A DNA stretch of 64,000 nucleotides from positions 12,772,001-12,836,000 of the forward strand of contig OX597818.1 of NCBI GenBank assembly GCA_951406725.2. Direction: 5' to 3'. Under the pieces are notes generated by a model that ran no database searches, had not been told where the DNA came from, and worked only from the letters and a program-made list of their open reading frames with translations. A program made the translations under genes and the position numbers. Shown here piece after piece: positions 27,051-38,352 of this stretch; the first letter of the stretch is position 1, and each line of letters begins with the position of its first letter. Origin of the DNA: Octopus vulgaris. Taxonomy: Eukaryota.

Positions 27051-28202
27051 AATATTAATTAGCTCTAATATTCTCTTTTATTTTCAAATGTTAAATTTCC
27101 AGTGATATACTTAGAAAGCCACTTGCTTTCGAGCTTGTAATGAAGATATAACAATTATCAACATTTTCTACTACTACCAGACAACAATGTTCTGTTACAA
27201 AATCAAATTGTGGGATTACGGATGTGTTGCATCCGATATGGCTATTGGCAAAATTCAGGCGTGACAGCTACTTGTATCCAACGTTGCAGTTCGTTTAGGA
27301 TATTACAGAATCTGGTTGAATAAAATTGATTTTCATGGCTGCTCTTAGTAATTAACTGCTTTCTTCTCTATTTAAACATGTGCTACTTTAGCATTACAAA
27401 ATGGTCCTCGTTACGGTGGTTAAAAATAATTTGAGCATAGTATATTTGTTAGCAAATACTAAGAATGACATCGATGTTTGAACATTTGTGTGAATCTCTT
27501 TCAATCGACATACTGAATGAAAATAATTGTGTGGCATTACACTTAATTGAGTATTTAAAACAAATCATTGACGACAATTGCATATATATTGAAGAGCCAG
27601 TTGCACTTGCATGTTGAACCATGAGGCGAATGGTGAATTAATGTGGGTATATATAGTAAACATACGATGTTATACTCCGCAAAGCAACAGAAGTGTTGCG
27701 AATAGAAATCCATGTTAAGTATCCTACTCAAACCGTCATGTTGCTATCTTATAGATATATCGAAATGCTGCTCTGATATCACATGATAAAGATAATTTGC
27801 ATTCTGTGAACAATATAATTTATAAGACACATGTACATCATTAGAAGTCAGGTATTCACTATACTAAACAATTAACATGATTGGAACTCAACATCCAATT
27901 TATATAAAAATTGACGAAAATATGAATGAACACATACAATCTATATTTCTCAAATTATATAACATAAGTATCTCAATCTATAAGCTATATAATATACTAC
28001 GATTTTAATTATCATGTATTTATCACCTAATTAAATATCCATGTGACAATAGGTGATATCGAAATAATAGTTGGAGTAAAATATAAAATGAGAATTATAG
28101 AGAAAATGAAAGCTCGATTATGTTGCAGATACGTGTGTGACTGAAGATTATATGTAGGTGTGTTTGTAAACACACACACATGGTCAGAATTGAACTTTTT
28201 GC

Positions 28203-28261
<59 letters not shown>

Positions 28262-29199
28262 CATACGTAAGTCGTTCTAAAGGCAGGAAAAAGATACCTT
28301 CGTATATCTGTCAATAGAGAGGGTATATCATCCGAAGTGTAGAGTATTAGCCTTGATGGATATATAATACTGTACACTTCGGATATATATCAGTTAATAA
28401 ATCGTATGGTATACACTTAGTAGTTTCCCGGTAAAGCACGTTCCCTGGCTCAGTGTTCATTGGGTATTCGATTAATGAGAGAAATGGAAGATAGAAGATA
28501 CGAGACTCTTATTGATCGTAGCCCTGGCATTCATGATTTCTACACAGCTACTCTTTCAGTATATATGACCGTATTTATGTCCGTACAACTGCTATATGTA
28601 TACCAGCGTGACCTAGATAATCGCACCCCAGAATCCTGTCACTTGCTAGTAATAGGCAGTGACTTTATCAATATCTACTTAAGAACTTTTAGATGTCTTT
28701 AGCTTATAAAACGCTCTTCTTATAAGTTACTCTGTACAGAGGTTGTTGGTTTTATTTGTGGTGTTGAATACTTACGGTTTTATCTTCGATTTAGACTTCT
28801 TATTTAGTAATCTTCTCTTGCCTTTCGTTGAATCATTTTAATCTTTTATTTAACATACTGGTCTTCAGTAACACAATATATTTAATTTGATCCTTTTCGG
28901 CCATATTATTCGCACTGTATTTAGTACATGGATTGCAGTGACTGAGATTGTAAGTTTTCCCATTGAAATATGCAATAACCTTCAATGTTTTAAAATTTTG
29001 TCATATTTTATTTTATCCTCAACAATCAATTCACACGTCTCTGAACGGAGTTCCACCTGGTTTATTTCCTTACATTATATACCAGTAAGAGAAGCGAAAT
29101 TCACACCAGAATAAGGCGAATGAAATATACACGCAACTACACACACACACTTGCACACTTGTGTGTGTGCGAGTATATATATATGTATATATATATATG

Positions 29200-29250
<51 letters not shown>

Positions 29251-29253
<3 letters not shown>

Positions 29254-29450
29254 GGTCCCGGGTTGATTCGGGGTTAACCACAGTAAATAAGGTACTCAAT
29301 ACATAGCAGAGTAAAATTAATTTATTATATAGAAGGAGCTTCTACAGGACTAGAACTGTTTCATTCAAGAGAAATCTTCAGGAGCTTCCTGAAGATTTCT
29401 CTTGAATGAAACAGTTCTAGTCCTGTAGAAGCTCCTTCTATATAATAAAT
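29251..29450 (-). mobile_element. ~200-bp palindromic hammerhead element in (TA)n, copy 1
   Basis: Near-perfect palindrome 29320-29450 plus a unique tail 29251-29319. It is the inverted homolog of 36633-36831 and is flanked by (TA)n on both sides. Confidence 0.92.
29381..29435 (+). ncRNA. Type I hammerhead ribozyme motif (mirror core on the minus strand has a weaker stem I)
   Basis: Stem I ggagcttc/gaagctcc (8 bp); CTGAAGA 29389-95; stem II ttc-tctt-gaa with a U-U closing pair; GAAA 29408-11; stem III acag/ctgt; GTA 29425-27. Confidence 0.75.
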
Positions 29451-29479
29451 ATATATATATATATATATATATGTACATG

Positions 29480-29536
<57 letters not shown>

Positions 29537-29632
29537 ATAGAAATAGCAAGACAACAAGAGAATGAAGGCGATCTCGTAATTATGTAAATAGAGGAATTTA
29601 TCTGTAAATGTATGTGACAATTATTCGATATG

Positions 29633-29664
<32 letters not shown>

Positions 29665-32449
29665 CGTGTACAGATATATTCATATACATAGGTATATATG
29701 TACACACACACACATATATACGCATATACATAGATGTATGGATTCGACGCTACTGCGTATTACACAATTCCATAAAATCTACAGAAGAGTAGTTAGATTT
29801 ATTTGAGAGGTATTGCATTTTTGTCTATTTAATTACTATTCATTAATTCTACATAATAGTTGATTGATTAATAATACGCCAATATTGACAAATTTAAGGA
29901 TGCTCTAATTAAACTTCATTAGTGAAAATTCATTATTGAAAGATATTCTATACAATTTTAAGAGCTTCTGCATTTGCATCTTATTGCAAAATATCATTAA
30001 TTAAGACTACTTTAAGAGAGATTAGCTCATCTTAAAATTAATAGTTATATGTAACGTCATTACAATGGAAATAGTAAAAAAATGAATTAATAAATTTATT
30101 TAAAAAATGCATGCAGCGCAGTGTAAATTAACATATTTACACTCATTATATACCTTGTTATATATTATAATTACAAATTACATATCTTCAAATTCCTCCG
30201 CGATAGCATTACATATCCTACATTGAATATGTGGCAACGATATTTTAGGATAAATTAAATTTACTGTACTCTTATAGAAGTTGGTTTCCTTACACATTCA
30301 AGTAAACCAATGTATGTAACTTGTTTCAACATATTATATTCTAAAACAAATGTCATAAAACAAAAATGATTCAGGTTAATCGTTGCTGCGCTACAAACAT
30401 GAGGTAATTGAACACGTATTTAACTCTATATACACTTCTATTTTAACTTTGGATTGAAAGTCATGGCTTGTGACCAAGGCATCACAAACTCATGAAGCCA
30501 TAGTAAACATTAGTGCACATGAGAAACTTACTACAAAACCATTCGCGTTTAGAAACTGCAGGATAATTATGTCCACAGATATTAGTGAAGTCTTCTGTAG
30601 TATATGGCGATAAACATTCTGTAATACTATGTTTCTGTGAAATAATATTTGAATTAATTTAGTGGCCCTCAGGAATGAATAGTTGTGAGAATACATGCGA
30701 TTTCGTAACATTCTCTTCAACTCTCTCTATTTAATTGGTCTCTTATGTTCTTGCCTTCATTAATAAGCCATATAGAGTCACCGTGTATCAATTTAAATTA
30801 GATGTTACTGATGCCCTTCTGCATTCATGAAAATCTTTGTCATTAATGAAACCATTATTTTGTTAGAATTCTACCTTCTTTATATATCCCTCAAATTAGA
30901 TTTTGACCCAATCAATATATAACTCCAAACTCATTCTGGCACCGGCAACAGTTATCATGATTACTTCCTTTTTACAAATGTTCTCCTTCAATAATATATG
31001 CTTATGATTAAAATTCTATAGTTTATCAAAGTAAAGCAAAATTACTCTCCAGTCATAATAAAATAAAATATTTCATTAAGAACCATAATTAGATAGATAA
31101 ATATTATAACAGTTTATGAAAAATGGAAAGTCATATCAGGTTTATTCCGATATTCCATAGGTGTTGTTGATAACGATACTGAATACAATACTTTATAAAA
31201 TGACGAATTACAGTGAATTGTGTTACTACTTACGGCCAACTGCTAGTTTGCATTTAAACCTATACCTAAATTAGAAGTATTTTTTTAGTTCACTGTGTTA
31301 CAACTAGCCACACTAAGGATAATGTACCACGCACATTAGTGAAATTTTAAGACAGACTGGTCCTATGATAGTATTGAATGTCATTCCCGGAACCTACTGT
31401 AAAATATAAATTAGAGGATTTTCGGAATTCTTATGAAATTCCAGATCTTCAAGGGCAGTAGACGAAATTCTATATTAATACAGCTCTAAGCAATACAATG
31501 AGGAAATGAAATAATAAAATATTGAACAATTTATGTAAGATTTGACAGGCAAATAATAATTGAAGTTTATGAATGTAAATGAAAAATGAAAATAATCTTA
31601 TAAAAAGAGATATATTCAATAATGAAATATCGAAAATTTTATTTCATTTAACATTAGTGATACAAAAAGCAAATAATATTTTATGCTAATTACTTTCAGT
31701 AAAACAATTAATAACTCCAGAGATTTCTGAAAATTAATTTATATGCTTCACTAGCTTAAGGTGATGTATTGCTATTGGAATATATGCTTCACTGAAAAAA
31801 GGGTTATTTATTTTACGTCTTTTTGCATTTTATTATATTATCTGGTAAAACAACTCCAAGCTTTCAAATACAAGCTTACCACGTGGAACGAAATGGTCCT
31901 ATGTTATTTAAAATTCCAATATAAATATATCTTGATGTCAAAAATAGTAGCCGATTGATCTAACCCCCAGCTATTGGAATATTATATGAAGAACTACTTC
32001 GCTTCGGAACACAGTTCGTGAAAATAACGAAAAAGAGAGGTAGCAATACGCACCTCTGCCGAAGTCATTTACCCGAACACAAAACCCTGGAAATTCGTAT
32101 AGGGACACTATAACAACCAAAGTTGCCAATTAATCACAATCTCCACTTATTCCTTCACAGTATATCATGCAGCACACTATTGTATGCCGTTTCATGATCT
32201 ATAAAGCAAGCCTACATTACTTGGAAATATTCTCGTTGACCTGCTGTAAGATTAATATTTGGTAGGTTGTGCTGCGTCCAGAGGAGTCTACATTATTTTT
32301 CAGCAAGCTTGGGCATGAACATTTCCCTCCATCTCATCTCCAGACATCCAGCGTAGACTTTAGCAGGGATACTCAAATTTATTTTTTCATACCAGAAATT
32401 TATGTTTGCAAAGTGAAATCATCGATCATTAGGCTATGCTGCTCTTATG

Positions 32450-32535
32450 ATGTATGTATGTATGTATGTATGTATGTATGTATGTATGTATGTATGTATG
32501 TATGTATGTATGTATGTATGTATGTATGTATGTAT
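32450..32535. repeat. (TATG)n microsatellite
   Basis: Seen directly. Confidence 0.95.
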
Positions 32536-32779
32536 GCATGCCTGCAAGTATGTGTGTAAGTGCGTGTGTTTACACACACGCGCACGTACACACACATATT
32601 GACAAGTATAGATATTCGAAACGTAATATTTTGGTGAAAGTGTTTTAACTTTCTTTCCTTGATAGAATAATAACTACACTTCTAAAGTGAATACTGTTTT
32701 ATTTGCAATTTAGACGAAAAGCGAGAAGGTTGTTTTATAAATAAGACTGGAATAGACGAAAATGAAATATATGGCGCTT

Positions 32780-33220
32780 AGAAATATGAGGGCATGAATG
32801 AATAACTTTCCAATATAAGGTAGGCGAATACACCAGGTGAAAGTGAGAATGAACAGGTAGTAGAAGAGAATATGATGTATGAGTTGGGACGTGGAAAGAA
32901 AAATGTGAGATGATGTAAAAAGAATATATGAGATGTTGTCAAGCGAACCATGATAGAATGGCTGATAAATGAGAAGTATTAGACGACGAAAAAGGAGTAT
33001 AGAACGGTTTTAAAGAAAAAGGTAAAGGAAAAATAAACACATACAGAGAAGAACATATCGAAGGGATGCATAGGAAGAAAGAAAGGGATGAATAGAAAAT
33101 TTGATTAGGTGGAGTGTAAATACGAGTAGCTGGGTGTCGATAACGAATAGTAGAAAGGGCGTGAAAAAATGATCGGCCGAATTATAAGCAACCATTGGGG
33201 AGATGGAATGCAGGAGTGAG
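32780..33220 (-). pseudogene. Possible very decayed Penelope-like GIY-YIG region
   Basis: Strong purine/pyrimidine strand skew, and minus-strand peptides PMVAY and CIRLPYIGK in the expected order. Confidence 0.25.
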
Positions 33221-34279
33221 CAATTAACACTTTCTAAGTGAGTATCGTGTCATTCAAAATTTCTTGAAGTCTTTGGGTTATTATAGTGCGTGCTATATGT
33301 AAATTCACTGTGTAAAATAAAATAATGTATATTAAGAAATATAATGCTTTAGAGTCAGTCATTTATAAAGATGCCATAAAGCGATTAAATTGAAACACAA
33401 CATCTGAAATAAGATTAGAAATTTAAAATTAACTAATAAAATGAGTGTGATTTCAATAATTAAAAATGGGAATTGTGAAGTATTGAACATGTATTTATGT
33501 TATGAATAGCTAATCGAAGTGTGGAGAAAATTTGATTGTTGTTAAAACGAGTGGCCGCTGAAATATATTTGAATGGCATAAATATTGCATTTAGTAACTT
33601 TACTGAAAGGAAATCTTTCATCGCAATTTACAATTAAAAACCCACCATAATAAGCTTTCAATCTGATGTGAATTTTAATGTTTAAGCAAGTATTTCCTTC
33701 CAGCATATTTTAGGAATTTAAATATTTCAGTGGTAAACGTTTACCATCAAATCTGCAGATAAATTAGTATCAGTAGATACCTAAGCAATAAAAGACTAAG
33801 CAGAAATTCTACGTAACGACATTCAGTTATCTAACTATTTACATGTTAAAAATTTAGAAAAATATGCTTATTATATTATAGAAACAGCAATTATAATTAA
33901 GATATTAAGGTATTATTTTCTATTGAAAATATTTAAATGTTTGTCCATATTTATGGGAACATTTCAAAGTAACACTGTTTCTACTTCTTCAAAAAATCAA
34001 CTTTGAAGTGATTGTTTGTTTACTTTCGGTTTCCTTGTGTTGTCACCACTCTCATGATTTTGGTCCCAAGTTGAACCCTACATAAATCCTAAATTCTATT
34101 TTAGGATTTATGGGAGTAACTGTCTTTGAAGACTGATATTGTTGATGAAGGGTAATTTTTCTCTGTGTTTACTTCTCTTGCTTTCCATTTTTTCTCGTTG
34201 TTTACATATTTCATGTTATTTGCACCGTTGGAGACGTCCGTAGCCATATATGCATGTGCTTGTATATATATTATATAGA

Positions 34280-34376
<97 letters not shown>

Positions 34377-34391
34377 TAGATATACATATAT

Positions 34392-34600
34392 ATAATTGTT
34401 AAATAGGACGTGAGACGTTTAGGCAAAGCAAACATCTTAAGTCATATACAATATTATTACAGGCAGAAATTCAAAATTCTTGCAGCTGTTTCTAGGATAT
34501 CTTAGAGTACGGGGTATTTTGTCATCAGAGACAAATTTGGGGAAAATATGGAATATGAAAATGGTATATATCAATAAGATGATAACATAGTGAAAGGGGT
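34392..34600 (-). mobile_element. pLTR-type remnant with a decayed hammerhead (34478-34531), ending in (TA)n/(TCTA)n
   Basis: Minus strand reads tct-CTGATGA-29 nt-GAAAC-agct-GCA-aga. Stem II is decayed and U16.1 is replaced by C. Confidence 0.55.
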
Positions 34601-35172
34601 AAAAGAATAAGGATATGGAAAGAGAAAAGAAAAGAGAGGCATAAACGTTCATAGTTCAACTTTCCGAAGTTATAGAAACCAAAGTACGAGTCCTTAGTTG
34701 CAATCCTGCGTATACCCATGAGTGCAAGTCTTTAGGTGCAATCCTGCATATATCCATTTGGGCTAACGTCCTTATATAGTAGACAACCAAAGAAAAAGAC
34801 GCGAACATATCAACGTTCAATAAGAGAATGGTAGCAGAAGTGGCTGGTAATTGGTAAAAGTAGAAAATAAATAGAAAAAGGAGAAAATAAAAAGTAGAAA
34901 ATAAATAAAAAGAAATGTGCATAGAATGCGTTAGGCGGGATGTTAAGGATTGACTATATGATACGGTAATGTGCATATGTGTATGGTGTCTAAGAACTGT
35001 TTGTGGGGTAGCCGAGAAGATAAGAGAGAGGATGATGAGTTAGAGGAAGATAGAGTTAAAAATATAGGGTATAAAAGTAGAGCCAAATGAAAAGGATTTA
35101 AAGAATTTAAAGTAACTTACGTACCGTACCTAATCATTTAAATCACCTGTGAACTAAACCCCCACACTTTGA

Positions 35173-35226
<54 letters not shown>

Positions 35227-35310
35227 TAGATATATATTTATTATTTAATTGAACGCGACGTATCCATTTCCAAGTAAGTTTATATATATACATATATGTG
35301 TATCTATATA

Positions 35311-35355
<45 letters not shown>

Positions 35356-35429
35356 TATACTAAAATGGATAATAATATATTCTCGTATATTCCATCTTCT
35401 ATCTTTCATTTATTATATATATATGTATG

Positions 35430-35470
<41 letters not shown>

Positions 35471-36034
35471 CATGTGTATGTATATTCACGCATACACACA
35501 GATGCATATATGTGTATGTTTGTGTCTGTGTCTTTGTCTCTAGAGTCTTACATTTTCTTGTATGTTATTCCATACAGTATTTCAACCACATATATATGTA
35601 CGTATTGACATTTGATTTCATTTATTTTATTGTCAAGCAAAGATAGAATTGTGGGTTTAATGCTCCTGTTTTCAATAAAATGTATTTTAATCAATTTTAG
35701 CAGACAAACAATAAAGCAAAAATAAAGTTAATTAAAGAAAGCAATAATGCAAAATTTTCAATTATTTTTTTATAGATATGAAGTGAACAATATGCAAGGA
35801 AATAGGAAATAATAGTATGCCACAAAATGAGTTTCAGATATATAAAACAGCAACAAAGAAAATAATTTATCTTTGGCGTATTTAATATTGTAGATCACCT
35901 CCTCCCCACCTTTCGCTGCATTATGTATGAAATAGGAAAGAGACCAATGTATATTTATCATACTATATACATATTAAATGTTTCAATTCTTCATACCTTT
36001 CTGACCTTCTGTGCCTCTTTGCATGGTATGTTTG

Positions 36035-36069
<35 letters not shown>

Positions 36070-36152
36070 ACACAGACATATATATACTCACACATACACA
36101 CATATATACATATATACATGTGTATGCATATATATATGTATATCTTTCTATG

Positions 36153-36203
<51 letters not shown>

Positions 36204-36219
36204 GCATGATTGTGTGTGA

Positions 36220-36515
36220 GGGGGCATGATCTAGTGGTGAGACTGTTGGACTCACGATCGCAAGGATTTGGTTTCAATTCCTAGATCAGGTGGTGCATTG
36301 TGTCCGTGAGTAAAACACTTCATTTCATGTTTCTCTGCGATTACTTCGATACCTGACGCGTGGCACGCAGTGCACCTATTGAGACAACGTCGATTTCATG
36401 GAGAGAGCAAGTTAATGTATGGCATGAACATTTAAACAACTGTAAACTATTCACTTGTTCAGGTCGTCCGGCAAAATGGTGAACGCTCATACGTCGCCTT
36501 CAACGGGAGAATCCG
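36220..36515 (+). mobile_element. tRNA-derived SINE (family B)
   Basis: A-box-like tgatctagtggtgag and B-box-like ggtttcaattcc, then tgtgtccgtgagtaaaacact. The body is homologous to ~48895-49065, and the head to 2887-2970 and 48595-48700. Confidence 0.75.
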
Positions 36516-36632
36516 TTTATGTGCACACACACACTCACACACACATACATATGTGCATATATATTCATAAATATTTATGCATATTTATATATGTATATAT
36601 TATATATATATATACATATATATATATATTAT

Positions 36633-36831
36633 TTTATTATATAGAAGGAGCTTCTACAGGACTAGAACTGTTTCATTCAAAAGAAATCATCAGGAAGCTT
36701 CCTGATGATTTCTTTTGAATGAAACAGTTCTAGTCCTGTAGAAGCTCCTTCTATATAATAAATTATTTTACTCTGCTATGTATTGAGTACCTTATTTACT
36801 GTGGTTAACCCCGACTCAACCTGGGACCTAC
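36633..36831 (+). mobile_element. ~200-bp palindromic hammerhead element in (TA)n, copy 2
   Basis: Perfect 130-bp palindrome 36633-36762 centred on aagctt, then a tail to ...gggacctac. TA-rich flanks on both sides. Confidence 0.92.
36696..36746 (+). ncRNA. Type I hammerhead ribozyme motif (identical mirror copy on the minus strand, 36649-36699)
   Basis: Stem I agcttc/gaagct; CTGATGA 36702-08; stem II ttc-tttt-gaa; GAAA 36721-24; stem III acag/ctgt; GTA 36738-40. Confidence 0.75.
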
Positions 36832-36962
36832 ATACACATATATATATATAATATATATATAAATATATGTATGTATAAATATGTATATATATATATGTAT
36901 GTATGTATATATATATATCTATCTATCTGTACCTATATCTATTTACTTATCAATCTATCTAT

Positions 36963-37038
<76 letters not shown>

Positions 37039-37069
37039 ATATATGTATGTATGTATATCTATCTATTTA

Positions 37070-37112
<43 letters not shown>

Positions 37113-37280
37113 AAATATATATATGTATATATATATATTGGCCTGCTCGCTTAGCCAGCGGGGTGGCGTCATTCGAAGGCTAAAACAATGCGAACGCATT
37201 GTGACCAGCGATGTGTATCAACATCTGCTGGTCTGGTCGGTCACGTGATCACGTGATATATATACATATATATATATATA

Positions 37281-37465
37281 CAATTCAGCGTGGAGGTGTA
37301 AATAAGCCATTTAAAAACACAAAAAATACGTTGGATGTTGTCAGTGAACGCGTCTTTGTATGTGTTTTTTTTTCAATAGCTAATAAACACCTTCCACGCT
37401 GCAATTGTTTTTTTTCATCACAGATGATCTCAGATCAAGTCACTTTGCAAGTAAATCTCTGTAAT
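37281..37465. mobile_element. Short fold-back repeat element in TA-rich sequence
   Basis: caattcagcgtggaggtgt...aaaaacacaaaaaatacgtt pairs imperfectly with aacgcgtctttgtatgtgttttt...acaccttccacgctgcaattg (37281-37407). A related arm lies at ~40480-40529. Confidence 0.6.
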
Positions 37466-37649
37466 ATATATATTATAATATGTATATATATATCCGTATT
37501 ATACCTATCCATATTATGTATATCTGTTTGCTCTCATATCCATATGCCTACATACACGTGCACGTACATATACACATATAAACACACTTACCCCTCTCTA
37601 CATGACAGTCTGAATATAAATATAAACTGTGGGTATGGAGGCGTGATTA

Positions 37650-38352
37650 TCTACTACGTATATTTCCTATGTAGTACTGGGGATGATTCATCTATAAGGA
37701 GGTGCTCCTGTATTTGTCCGAATGTTGGGTTCTTTGGGTGCTTGGATAAAATACGGATGTCAAGTTGACCCATGTTGTCTCTATGTTGGTCCTTAGCATG
37801 TTGGTAGAGTGTTTTCGTCATATTATCTCAAATGTTCATTTAGTCTTTCCGCAATGCTCTTAGATGTCTCCCCTAGGTATGTCATTTTCATGTCTTTACA
37901 AGCACATTCTAGGTATCTTATGCTGTTGACTACATTTCTAGTTCTACAGTTAATGTCAGCGCTAATCCTACATACAATGCAGTTATCATTGTTGCATGTG
38001 GTATTCTCAAAGGTGTACGTCCTACATAGTTGTGATCTGACGGATTTCCCTAGCATTTCAACAATCTTAATGTTGAGTTTGGTCTCCTTCAGAGCTTTCC
38101 TATATCTTCGTGTTACTTCTCCATGGCTGTGGCCTCTACATGCATCACTCTTTAATATATGTCGGTTTTATACCACATGCTCACCTTGTTTGCTTTGTCA
38201 CAAGCTCTTTGTATCTTATTTCAGTTTTTGCTTCTATATCTAGGACGGGTACCACTGGTATCATTACATAAAATATTATCTACTTTCTTTCTAGCACCCC
38301 TGTATACTCGAACCCTATCGTTCTGATAATATCCAGAGAAATGCATCGCATG
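37650..38352 (-). pseudogene. Penelope-like retroelement C-terminal relic (RT thumb, Cys-rich linker, GIY-YIG endonuclease)
   Basis: MHFSGY...GTRPRYRSKN*...WYK, LNIKIVEMLGKSVRSQL, CNNDNCIVC, CRTRNVVNSIRYLEC...YLGETSKSIAERLNEH, then LYQHAKDQH...QIQEHLLIDESSPVLH. Stops and frameshifts present. Confidence 0.9.

Noticed and set aside
28800-28875. Minus-strand CTGAAGA...GAAA
   Set aside because: No stem III, cleavage triplet or stem I pairing, so probably a chance match.
29361-29549. Shared peptide [15 protein letters not shown] in ORFs here and at 36455-36718
   Set aside because: A by-product of the repeated palindromic non-coding element.
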